Below are positions 37,490-47,498 of a DNA stretch of 64,000 bases, in pieces. The DNA lies in contig CP154954.1 of assembly GCA_039621445.1 (NCBI GenBank), forward strand, positions 48,401,847 to 48,465,846. Reading direction: 5' to 3'. Below the pieces are notes generated by a model, which saw nothing but the letters and a program-made list of their open reading frames with translations, was not told the origin of the DNA and made no database searches. Source of the DNA: Euglena gracilis (Eukaryota). The translations under genes and the position numbers were made by a program. Each line of letters starts with the position of its first letter. Position 1 is the first letter of the stretch.

Positions 37490-37854
37490 GTGTGTGTGTG
37501 TGTGTGTACACACACACACACATACATATATATATATATGTATTATATATATATATATATGTACATATATATGGCAAGTGTTACGTTTAGTACCCCCCGG
37601 GGGGGTACTAAACTTGACACCGGGTTGGGCACCCCCGTTATTGAAGGTATAGGGTTAGGTGCACACATGCTATGTTGCGCTAATTGGCTATGTTGCGCTA
37701 ATCGGCAATGTTGCGCAACATAGCCGATTAGCGCAACGCAGCCATGTAACTCAAATTAGCATGTGCGCACCTAACCCTATACCTTTCATTAAGGGGGTGC
37801 CCAACCCGGTGTCAAGTTTAGTACCCCCCCCGGGGGGGTACTAAACTTAACACT

Positions 37855-37929
<75 letters not shown>

Positions 37930-38449
37930 ATGTATATGTATATGTACATGTATATATATATACATATTGAATATACAATTGGTGTGTGGACCCCCAGCAC
38001 ACAGCCGGGGCCCCGGCGGAGCGGCCGTGGCAGGATCGGCATCGCCAGCCCTGGCTCCGCCGCCACGCCCGCATCGCGCTGCAGCCGCTGCAGGGCGGAC
38101 CGCAGGTCGCGGCACTCCTCCTCCGCCTGGCGCAGCGCCGCCGCCGGCCGCTCCCCTCGCCGCGCCGCTGCCTCACGGTCCGCCGCCGCCGCCGCCGCCG
38201 CCGCCGCGACGCCCTGTGCCGCGCTCTGCCACTGCAGCGTGTGGTGTGCGGCGAGGGCCTCCGCGGAGGCGACGGCGTCCGGCAGGGGCGGTGGGGCCGG
38301 TGCGACGGGGGGGCGGGAGAGGGCGGCACACGGGGCGGTTTGTGATGATGGACGGGGTGGGGTGACGGCGAACACAAAAAACATCAAATCATGCCAAAAA
38401 ATAAAATAAAAGTTTGTTTAACTGTTTGCTTGCGTGTTAATTTATTTGC

Positions 38450-38493
<44 letters not shown>

Positions 38494-41400
38494 TTGCTTT
38501 TTTGTATGTCTGTCTGTTTGGTTGCTTGTTTGTTTGCTTGTTTGTCTGTTTGTCTGTTTGATTTTCGAATCAGGACACGAGGGCAGCAAGTGCCCATAGC
38601 AAACAGACCCGTGGCTGGCCCAGGCTGGGGTGGCGCCTTCGTCGTCGGTCTGCGGCGCGGCCTCCGGGGGCCCCGCCGCCCCCGGGGTCTGCCGCCCCCC
38701 GCGGCTGACGGACCGCCGGAAGTCGGCGGCGTCCCGGCCGCACTGCTCCAGCTTCCGCTGCAGCGCGTCGAGCTCGGGCCATACCAATGCTTTGCTGACA
38801 GCCTCCCGAGGAGTGTCCTAGTGAAAACTTCAGATTTTCACTTCAGACCCGACCCTGCCACCACCAGGCCTCTTTTCACCAACGCCAAGGTCGGTGGGGG
38901 GGGGGGGGGTGCCTTGTTCTAAGGGGACCCATGGCAGGCACAACCCCCCTGAGGGGATTGTTTTGGATCCTGGCCCAAAAACAACCTCAGTCCAGTCTGG
39001 ATGAAGTTGCCCAAATTCGACGGCGTCAATGAGGAAGTTCCTTGTCTGTTTGACACTTTCGGCGATCCTGGCCAACCTCACCTCCATCTTCTCGGTGCAA
39101 ATAAAAAAACCCAGCGACCAAAAATTACACACATGAGTTCACATGATTTTGCATGGGTTACCTCTCCCACCCCTCCCCGGGCCAACTGCCAAGTGCCTTA
39201 CCTTCATTTGTGGCCCGGGCCAAAGGGCCACAAATGAAGGTAAGGCCAGGAGGCCAACCTTAAGGGGCCAAATTTGCATGTTAAGAATTTTGGCGGCCAT
39301 GTGCAAAATTGAAGGCCAACTGTAGGGGGGCCAAAATTGCATTTCAGGAGGAGAGGGGCCAAACGCCCCGGGGCCAAGCGCCCGGGGGGGGGGGGGGGGG
39401 GGGGTAGCTGTACGCGACTTTTTGCCAAGACAAAAAATTCCAGTTTTGCAGAAAAACGAAAAAACTTGTATAAACCCCCCCAATTAGAAGCCCCCCCCAA
39501 ATAACTTTGTCTAAAGGGAAAACCTTCGGCCGGCGGTCGATCCGGGGATCGAACGGGGTCCAAGTTTAAAAAATTGCAGAACGCATTTATTCTAGTTTTT
39601 GGGTGGATAGGCCATGTTTCAAGGATACCAGATATCACTTTTGTTCCCAATGTCGACCTTTTTTTGTGGAGAATTTTCGAGTTTTTCACCATTTTCCGGA
39701 AATTTTTCCGTCAAATTTTCCCCCGGCTTCGCCGGGGGGGGGGGGGGCTGTTATTTGGATTTTTGGCGGGAAACCTGGGGGGGGGGGTTCTATTTGGGGG
39801 GGGGGGGGGGGTAAAGGGTACCCAATTAGAAGCCCCCCCCCTCGGGTTTTCCGCAGAGTGACCGAATAGTAGCCCCGGGGGGCTTCTAATTGGGGGGGGG
39901 GGTTAATTTTGCTACAAGTATATCATTCAGAACATTAATTTTTTCAAAATACTATGGCATGATCTCTGATGTGCGAGGCTGAAAATTAATAAGCAATGCA
40001 CGTGGATCACTGGCGTGCTGATAATTCTGATAATTTTCAGTGCATATACACCTTCCCTGGCTTGAGAGAAGAAAGAAACTTGGGATTGAGGCGAATTATT
40101 ATTATTGGTGTGGTTCGAGCAACACAAACACGTACAGTGTGGGAATGCTATGGGGAGTACTGCAGTACTCTCACTGGCAAAAAAAAATGTCCCTCAACTT
40201 CTCCATTTTAAATCGGGGACTTTGGCAGTCCCTGACCCACAACTCAAGCAACCAAACTAAAATAAAAAAGCGGTTTCCTCAATAAGAAATGAAAATTTCC
40301 TTGAGGGTGAACACATTCTGACCAACATTCCTGTACATTTTTGTGTGTGATTTACGTGGTTTGGTGTCCTGTTGCACGATTTGGCATGCTTTTACTGAAA
40401 AGAACTGTTTTACCAAAACGAGGCCAATTCGTGATAGTGCGTGATCCATTCTAAATGATTGTGTAAACAATTTCAGTTATTCTTTGTGAAAAGATTGTTC
40501 ATGTGTGAAACGATTGTTGATGTGGCCAAGCGTGATAATTCAGGTGATTCCACTTGCCACGTTGTTGTGGACCTGCGCAATTCCCCGCGGCATGGGGCAG
40601 GCCCACGGCAAGCAATCGTCTGGCTCTGAGGCCAACGCCGCATTCTGCTCCGTGGTCACCGCCAGGTGGCGCAGCAGGTGCTCCGTGTCGCCGGGGGAGC
40701 CCTTGCCCGGGCCGGGGCCTGTGAGTGGCAGCCCAGGTGGACAGCGACCTTCCATCCCGATTCATACACAATAAACATGTTTGATTGCTTTTCATTTTTT
40801 GGAGGCAGGTGGAGGCTGCAGTCCACATACGGAGATGCCCCTTCAGACGCTGCCTCGGCTGACATTGTTGGGCCGATACCGCAAAATCAGCAGCCGCAAA
40901 ATGCCCAAGATCGTGAAGCCGCCACTTGCCCAAGGTGCTTTAAAGAAAGGCAATACTGAATGAAGGGGGAGGGGAGGATGGGTCTGAAATTCTCTGGCAC
41001 AAAGCATTGAGGAAGAGGAAAACTTTTTCTTTTGATTCTCGTCCAACCCCTGCCCAGGACCCAGTGCCCTGGGGGGGGGGGGCTCAGCTCAGGAGTGAGA
41101 GGTTGTCTGCAGACAGGGGGGGGGGTCACAAATGCACTACAATGATGACCTCGGCGGAAAGAGGGCACCACACCGGGTGTTGCATTTTGAATGAGATGGC
41201 CGTCGACAGAGATGTCGGGAGTGAACAGTTGGCTCTATGGCAGGGGGCCAGCTTCTTGACAAAATACCGTGAAACCATAAACTGTGACATTTGTTCAGAA
41301 AGCGTGATCATTTGTGACATCTGCAGGATGTATTTGAAGCAAAACAAGGGATTCACAAATGAATTAAAAAAATCACCGAAATCACACATCAGTTCACATG

Positions 41401-44400
41401 CCATATTCCATTTCAGTTGAGCCTGGTTCAGTGGACATAACAAGGAAGTGATCCACAAAATATGTATGTATAAGGGTGTCGAATTTTCCCACAAAGTTTC
41501 AAGTTCCCTGGGTTGAATGCGGTCTGCTGAGTGATGTTCACCAAGAGAGGCGTGCTGGATGCCTGAAACGATTTCAAATGTCAAACAACACATACATGGC
41601 CTTCAACACATTCTGGAACGTGCTTCTTAAAGACCAGGTGGATTCGATCAAAGAGTGAAGGCCTCGAGGCCTTTAGGTCATGAAGTGAGGCAAGACCATT
41701 TAAAAGAGTTGTTAAACTTAACAAATTGGCAGCACAGCCAAAGGGACTCAATTCAAAATTCAAACAGCTGTAAGCAGTGTGGATTTCCCAATGCTTTAAT
41801 CTCAATAACTTCCACCACAAATCAAACTCAGCTCACCTCCAACTATTGCACTCTGGACAAGTGACGGCAAAGGAAAATTGTCCTTTTTTCCTTTGAAAGA
41901 CTTTCTGTCATGTCTTCTGTGTTACGTACCACCTTTGTGAGGAGCTTCAAGATGTCGGACTGCAAGCACAAAGAGAATGGGTGCATTGAGTAGGTTCGAA
42001 TTCAAAACACACCAGGTGGAAAGGCAGAATGAAATATCCAGATGGGAATTCCCTGCAATACAGTTTGAGATAAATGCATTATTTGCTTTTGCAAAATATT
42101 CATTTCTGGACATTTTCCAATCCTGAGTCATTTTTGGTTCCCACACATCGCCCAGAGGGGATATTGTTTGTGATCCTTTCCAATGGGCAGTTGAAGCAAC
42201 TTTACCTGTAAAACCCTCACACGACCCAGTGTGCATCCCACACCAGCAAGAAAACGAGGCAGAAGGTTCTCCATGGTGCCTTGCAGCCGTTCGACCTGCC
42301 CTCCGCGGCATCTCCGGGCCACACTTTTCCTCAGGTGAGTCAGCTCAAAATTGATTACCAACACCGAAACACAAAACTCCTTCAAATTGTAGGGTTCGGT
42401 CTCGAACTTAATTCTCCAAGGCAGCCACCTGTGTTTTCGGGATTCACACGGGAGATGTCCCGGACAAATGCGGAAAATGGAAAGCCCACTCCCACTCTTG
42501 GGTTAGGGTTAGGCTTCCTTTTTAAGACCCCCGGGGGGTCCCGCCCCACCCACCCAGTCCGGCGCGGGACCCCCCCCTCCGGGCCGTCTGAGGGCATTGC
42601 CCCCCCAAAAAATTCGGCACTTCCCGTCGAAAGGGGGGGGGGTCGGCCTTGGCCTTGGTCAGGGTTTGGGCTATTTGAAAAGGATAGGGCGAGGGTCAGG
42701 GTTCGGGAATAGGGCTAGGGTTAAGATTTAGGGTTAGGCTTAAATGAAGGCAAAAATTGGGCGGAATTCAAATTTAAAGTTTGGCCGATTTCGGCCCAAC
42801 TTCCTGACTTGGGGCCTAACCCTTACCCTAATCCCCTTTCTTAACGAAAATTGTAACCATATCCTACTCCTAAGAATAAGATTTTTTCCACACACACACA
42901 CACACACGTACATTGTAGACACTTTTTCTGGGTAGACACCATCTGCATTAAACCCCCCCTGAATAGAAGCCCCCAGGGGCTACCATTCGGAACGTTGGTC
43001 GAAAACCGAGGGGGGGGGTGCTTCTATTCGGGGGGAGGGGGGGCACTATTCGGAAAAGTGGTCGAGAACCAGAAGGTCCGAGAATTATCGAAGAACTTTC
43101 TTTGTGGGTCTACATGTCCCACCTTTCCAAACCATGTCAAATTTGCTGCAAATATTACTCTTGTGGATGCATTGGATCATTAAACATAAAACCACCTAAC
43201 GCTCATTTAACCAATGGCTGCCCCCTCGGTTTTCGACCAACGTTCCGAATAGTGCCCCCCCCCCCCCGAATAGGGCGCTCTCCGAGAGTTGTTGCTCAAT
43301 TGAGACGGCAAGTGCTTGCTTTGGCTGCTTCGGGGGGCTTCTATTCGGGGGGCACTGTTCGGGGGGGGGGAGCTTCTATTCAGGGGGGGGGGGTTAAAAA
43401 AATGCAATATTGAGGAAAGTAGAAGATTACAGTGGGAAGAGATAAATGGGCGATTTTGGAGACAGTTGGAAAATACTTTGAGAAAAACAGTTGACAAATT
43501 GAGAAAAATTGGAAAAATCGATCTCGCAGGTCGCTTCTTTCCACAACCTGCTGTCAGGCTTCTTTTACCCCGGGGTCCCAGGGGCAGGGACCCCGGGGGG
43601 AGGGGGGGGCAGGGACCCCCCAAAAAAAATCAGGCCATTTCCCAAAAACCCCAAGAAAATTGCCGAAACCCAAACCCAGAACCCGGATCCACCCACCAAC
43701 CAACCCAACCCCAGGGGGTCTGACTTAAAAAGAAGCCTTCCTGCCGTTTGTGTCTGATCAGCCGTACCACAATTGCATGTGCACAAAGAAAGAAATGGTG
43801 TGTTCATCACCTCCTCTACCATCTCAACTGCAGTGGAGAATTCTGCCCGACATTGTGCCCACCGCTGCAGCTGGGTTCGCTCCCGATCCAAAGCAGCAGC
43901 CAAGCGAGCGGACAGTGCAGCATTCTCATCTTCAAGCTGCTCATTGAACACTGGCGCTCGTTTGGTAACTTGGGGCGTCACTTGATGAATTTCCAGATTG
44001 TGATTGCTTTGTCCCAAGAATTTGCCCTTCCTCGGGATCAATGTGAATTGAACTTTGAAATTCAGTTATTTGGGGAAACAGGGCAAAGATTTGCAGATCA
44101 AAATCATTTTGGGTGAGGAAATTTGCAGCGAAGTTGAATTAAAATTGACAAAATAAAGCCAGCAAGCACCAGGAAACGTGATTTCAATGCATCACCTCGT
44201 TTTCGCAGCCGTTTTGTCTCGCGAGCCTGGCCCTCCAGCTCCAGCAGCATTTCATGCAGCTGTCGGGCGCGACTGCGGAGGTGTGACCCTTTGGAAGGGT
44301 CGGCCTGGGAGAGAAAATGATGGAGGGGCGGAAAAGGAAAGCGACTGGGGGAAGGGGGATCTTTCAAGGGAGAAAAGCAGTACACCTCAGCGCCGGTCTC

Positions 44401-44523
44401 CAACACCTCGTCATCCCAATCCACCCCACGTGTTTGCTGTCCATCACGAATGCCCTCCAGAAAGATGGCTTCCCGGGGCGAACCCACGGGGTAGAACTGT
44501 CTCGAATCATCGACTGCGTCCAT
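140..44523 (-). CDS. Very large multi-exon gene for a coiled-coil (Ala/Glu/Gln/Arg/Leu-rich) protein; putative ATG at 44523 ([12 protein letters not shown]...), 3' end unresolved and probably beyond the window start
   Basis: Dozens of GC-rich 60-270 nt islands on the minus strand all translate to heptad-like helical peptides (e.g. [21 protein letters not shown] ~43.9k, [19 protein letters not shown] ~33.3k, [20 protein letters not shown] ~6.2k, [17 protein letters not shown] ~3.4k). Where tested, most adjacent islands join in frame across introns. No recognisable enzymatic domain. Confidence 0.8.
1326..1348 (-). other. Genomic relic of the Euglena-type spliced leader inside an intron
   Basis: Minus strand reads CTTTCTGAGTGTCTATTTTTTCG, matching the Euglena SL as I recall it (...CTTTCTGAGTGTCTATTTTTTTTCG) except for T-run length. 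It is followed by CATAAAAC-ATG rather than the GT of an SL RNA gene. Confidence 0.85.
4734..5153. mobile_element. hAT-like MITE, 420 bp
   Basis: TIR CAGGGTT(C/T)GATATAAGGA (17/18 match); 8-bp TSD CTTGGGGG (4726-4733, 5154-5161); internal GGTCCGGACC repeats. Confidence 0.88.
11008..11270 (-). CDS. Representative array exon B ([24 protein letters not shown]...GRLEEEAT)
   Basis: Bounded by CTGGACCG| upstream and |GGCCAG downstream; in frame with exon A. Confidence 0.8.
11271..11624 (-). other. Nonconventional/intermediate intron, array A-to-B type
   Basis: 5' GTCCAG pairs with 3' CTGGAC-CG; spliced product [13 protein letters not shown] is in frame. Using the nearby AG as a canonical acceptor would shift the frame. 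Confidence 0.8.
11625..11778 (-). CDS. Representative array exon A ([22 protein letters not shown]...AKVDHLL)
   Basis: Bounded by intron end CTGCCAGC| upstream and |GTCCAG downstream; joins exon B in frame on both sides. Confidence 0.8.
11779..12162 (-). other. Nonconventional (euglenid-type) intron, array B-to-A type
   Basis: 5' GGC-CAGCCGAGCCCCTTCGCC pairs with 3' GGTGAAGGGGCCGGCTG-CCAGC; CAG at +4, CTG at -8; spliced product EEEAT/LLSDK is in frame; no GT-AG. Confidence 0.8.
14760..15719. mobile_element. 8-bp-TSD MITE (960 bp) in one array intron, with an internal C-rich minisatellite
   Basis: TSD AACCATCC (14752-14759, 15720-15727); imperfect ~30-bp TIR (..ATGGC(G/A)TAA(A)GTGGAGCCCC..ACAGT); absent from 12 sister units. 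Confidence 0.88.
18035..18413. mobile_element. Shorter (379 bp) copy of the same MITE at the homologous site
   Basis: Same TSD AACCATCC (18027-18034, 18414-18421) and same termini as 14760-15719. Confidence 0.88.
28556..29593. mobile_element. hAT-like MITE (1038 bp) inserted in a coding exon; predicted to be spliced as nonconventional intron 28551-29596 (-)
   Basis: Perfect 13-bp TIR CAGGCACCTATGG; perfect 8-bp TSD GCCACGTC (28548-28555, 29594-29601); subterminal GGTCGGCCCT arrays. The flanks match the uninterrupted exon B copies. Confidence 0.93.
30500..38780 (-). CDS. Cluster of coiled-coil exons (~38620-38780, ~38010-38285, ~36200-36335, ~35405-35470, ~34850-35025, 34389-~34590, 33486-33622, ~33195-33328, ~32355-32460, 31097-~31200, ~30500-30655)
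   Basis: Helical peptides on the minus strand. Junctions 33623-34388 (AD/WEAAD), 33329-33485 (DM/AERC) and 30656-31096 (RL/SHAQ) splice in frame under the +4/-8 rule; other boundaries are approximate. Confidence 0.7.
36636..37391. mobile_element. Probable TA-TSD (Tc1/mariner-type) MITE hosting a nested element
   Basis: Left TA-CGGCAGCGAGATT, right AATCTCGCTGCTG; inverted subterminal AGAATCTCCAGGGG motifs. The right flank merges into a TG microsatellite, so the TSD is imperfect. Confidence 0.55.
36821..37271. mobile_element. hAT-like MITE, 451 bp
   Basis: TIR CATACATCTCT (11 bp perfect, extending imperfectly); 8-bp TSD CTCCTAAC (36813-36820, 37272-37279). Confidence 0.88.
37390..37970. repeat. 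Compound (TG)n/(CA)n/(TA)n microsatellite, interrupted by a palindromic element
   Basis: Dinucleotide runs seen directly. Confidence 0.95.
37573..37858. mobile_element. Near-fully palindromic foldback MITE (286 bp) inside (TA)n
   Basis: Both ends read GGCAAGTGTTA(C/A)GTTTAGTACCCCCC...AAACTTGACACCGGGTTGGGCACCCC in inverted orientation, with >100 bp arms; flanked by TA repeats. Confidence 0.85.
38440..38560. repeat. Degenerate (TCTG/TTTG)n microsatellite; similar tract at ~57700-57775
   Basis: Seen directly. Confidence 0.85.
39474..39903. mobile_element. TAA-TSD MITE (PIF/Harbinger- or Tourist-like by TSD)
   Basis: TIR ACCCCCC(C)nAATTAGAAGCCCCC; TAA on both sides. Confidence 0.7.
42952..43394. 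mobile_element. TAA-TSD MITE related to 39474-39903
   Basis: TIR ACCCCCCCTGAATAGAAGC; TAA at 42949-42951 and 43395-43397. Confidence 0.72.
43555..43739. mobile_element. hAT-like MITE, 185 bp, slightly decayed
   Basis: TIR (C/A)AGGCTTCTTTT; TSD CCTGCTGT / CCTGCCGT (7/8). Confidence 0.75.
43806..44523 (-). CDS. Putative exons 1-3 of the coiled-coil gene (44386-44523, 44196-44304, ~43806-43950)
   Basis: ATG at 44523. Candidate GT-AG introns at 44305-44385 (81 nt, pyrimidine-rich) and 43951-44195 give ...ETGAE/ADPSKG...[15 protein letters not shown] in frame. Confidence 0.6.
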
Positions 44524-46973
44524 GGGCGAGGTGCGATGGGCACCCGCACGATGTAAGAACGACGTCGGCTGCTCCGCCAAATGCACCGGTGGCCGCACCG
44601 CATAGATATGGGATGCTGAACCTGGTGGAGTGAACAGTTTAGATTCTCATCACTGACGCATAGCATAGGGAGGGGGAGGTGCTTTCCCCCAAGGAAGAAG
44701 AACCAACTTCACAAATTAACCTGGGAAATTTACAATTTGCAGGGAGGGCAGGGAAGGTGGGGTTCCAAAAAAGTGGTTGGATGGGTTTGCGCCTTCCTCC
44801 TCCAGGGATTTTACTAAGATCGGGGGGGAGGGGGGGCTGGCCACTCACCACACAGCAAGCTGGGCCAGAAGCGAAATTAGCGCCGGCCATAAACAGACAA
44901 GAAGCCTTAGTGCAACTAAGGGGGGGGGGTCCTCCACCCACCCACCCCTTGGGGGCGGGCGGGGGGGGGTCCCAGGGTGCCCACTAACTAACGGTTTTTT
45001 GAAGTTTTTTGATAAAAGGTCAAGACCATCGGTATGAAAACAGTCATTTCGGAGGGAAAAAAGAACAAAATCTCACACGGCAAAATTTGATGGTGAACTT
45101 CATTGGTGAAATTCACCGGCCGAGGGCATGGTGGGATGAACGTTTTTCTTTTCCTGAAGAAATTGCTTGATGCCAACCATTGGGGGCCATGGGGGCAGGC
45201 CAGGCATATACAGTATTAGCCAAGATTGCATCATTGAAATGTGCTTCTTCCTTCTGCAAAATGCTCATCTACCTCCAACGGCACTTTCTTGAAAAATCCC
45301 GTTAGACAAGCATTATCCAATACAAAATAGATGATTCTCCAAGCTGAGAAGGCACAAATTTCATTCCAATTTCATTCCATACTTCATTTAAGGGGGAGCA
45401 TGCCATCGGTCAGCCGTGTGACTCACAAGAAAATGACCCGTGCTACATCCTTGCGATGCAGAAGCAATTCTCTGTCAACATCCCTTCAAGGTGTTATCGT
45501 TGGTGGAGGCTGCATTTTTGCCCATTTGAAGTCATTTTTCGCCAATTTTTGTCAATTTTGCCAATTTTGGTTGTTTTTTTAACAATTCTGACCGTCTTGG
45601 ACTATTTTTGGGTCATTCTATGGTCACAGTGACGGATTTCATCAAAAAAAAGGTCTTCAAATGACCAAAAATTGCACAACTGGTGTTGCATTTTCAACGA
45701 ATTGGAAAATTTTATCTTAGAAATGGGCGATAGTGGATGCAAAAAAAACCTCAATTTTTGTGTGAAACGGTTTCAAGTGGCCAAAAATTGCCCAAAGAGA
45801 CGTCTATTGTAGAATTCAAAAGATAATTTAAAATGAATGGCCGAAATAAAGATTCGGTAACGCAACGTGTAAAGCACAATGTACCTGACATCAAATTCAA
45901 AAAAAAAGTTGTACGGTGGTTTAAAAAAAAAAATGGCCTAAGCACCCAAGCACTCAAGGATTCATTTCACCGATTTTTTTATTAAAAAAAATAAAATCCG
46001 CTTTTAGGACCCCTGGAGTGACGCCCGAGCCTGTTTTTATAAACGCAGTTCTTGCGCCCGAGTCTGTTTTTATGGGAGTCTGTTTTTTTTTCTGGAGTAG
46101 TGAATGTGGGGAAAAGTTCTTTCCATGCCATCTTATTTTTTAAAACTAATTAATTAAAAAATTGCCTTTCTGCATCTTTTGATTTTAGGCGAAACAAAAT
46201 GAATTTTCTTTGAATGCTCAAAAAAATGACGTAGACTGGGGGGAGTAGGTACCACCCCCCCCCCCCTTATTGTCCCACCGACCTGCCCCCGGGAGGCCCG
46301 ATCGGACAATAAGGGGGGGGGGGACAATAAGGGGGTATCAAAGGAATTTCATTGGCCGGGCCAAAAAATCCCCCGTCGGCCGGGGCCCAGGGACAATAAG
46401 GGGGGGGGGGGGGAAAAAAGGGAGGGGGGCTCCTCAATTGGTTAGCCGACCAGGATTGGTCGGCAGCTAATTGACAAGATGGGGGGGGGGGTTGGTAAAT
46501 GCAGAAAAATAGTCAATTTCAAGCAACAGTTGCCAAAATAACTTTTTTCAGAACGTTCGAAACGTCAATTTAAAAAAACAGAAATCAAACCAATTTTTTT
46601 GTGTGTTCTTCATAAAAAAAAGTTCTCTGGCAGTGAGCTATTCTGTGGGAATAGCTCGGGGGGGATTGGTTTGGGGGGGGGCATGGTATGTAATTTGTCA
46701 AAAGTTTGGTCTTTGGGAAAAAGTTGTCCAAAATGTGGAAGTTTCCAAGCCAGAAAAAACATTCCAAGCAAAAAAATCATAAACTTTCCAAGGAAAGAAC
46801 ACAAAACAAACAAAACAAAAAAAATCCCAATCAAAAAGCTCAAAAAAAAGGTGCATTTGCGTTTCCCCCATGTTTTAACAACCTTTCCATTCTCAAGCCA
46901 AGGTTGTCTTGGCCACTTGATAACTAGGGAACAAATTGTCCACACCCCTCTGTTATTGTCCTTGGACCACAGG

Positions 46974-47498
46974 GAATTCAGGATTCTTTTAGCCACACCT
47001 TTGTTTTCCCCTCATTGTCCGTTTTTGGGGTACCGGAGGCAGTCAGCTCCCCCCCCTTACCATCCCCCCCCTAAATGACCCCCCTCTTGTCCCGGCCGGG
47101 ACCTCAGATGGTCACTTAGGGGGGGGGGGGTCATTTAGGGGGGTGGGGGGGTCGAGAAAAAGGGTCCCCCCCCCCCCCCCCCAAAAGAAAACCCCCCCCC
47201 CGACTCCCCCCCCCCCCCCCCTCCCCCCCAAAAAACCCACCCCCTCTTGTCCCGCCGGACCTCAGATGGTCACTTGGGGGGGGGGTCATTTCGGGGGGGT
47301 CGAGAAATTGTGAATTCAGGATTCTTTTAGCCACACCTTTGTTTTCCCCTCATTGTCCGTTTTTGGGGTACCGGAGGCAGTCAGCTCCCCCCCCTTACCA
47401 TCCCCCCCCTAAATGACCCCCCTCTTGTCCCGGCCGGGACCTCAGATGGTCACTTAGGGGGGGGGGGGTCATTTAGGGGGGGGTCGAGAAAAAGGGTC
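46974..47498. repeat. Local direct duplication (~190 bp copies at 46974 and 47312)
   Basis: GAATTCAGGATTCTTTTAGCCACACC...GGTCGAGAAAAAGGGTC occurs twice, 338 bp apart. Confidence 0.85.

Noticed and set aside
37298-37970. YIYI/CVCV ORFs
   Set aside because: Translations of dinucleotide microsatellites.
41150-41900. Possible transposase or zinc-finger remnant (INCDIC...IICDIC)
   Set aside because: Multiple stops and no diagnostic motif that I can recognise without a search.
42500-42740. Interstitial telomere (TTAGGG-like), also ~36725 and ~37275
   Set aside because: Only 2-3 degenerate units embedded in dispersed repeats.
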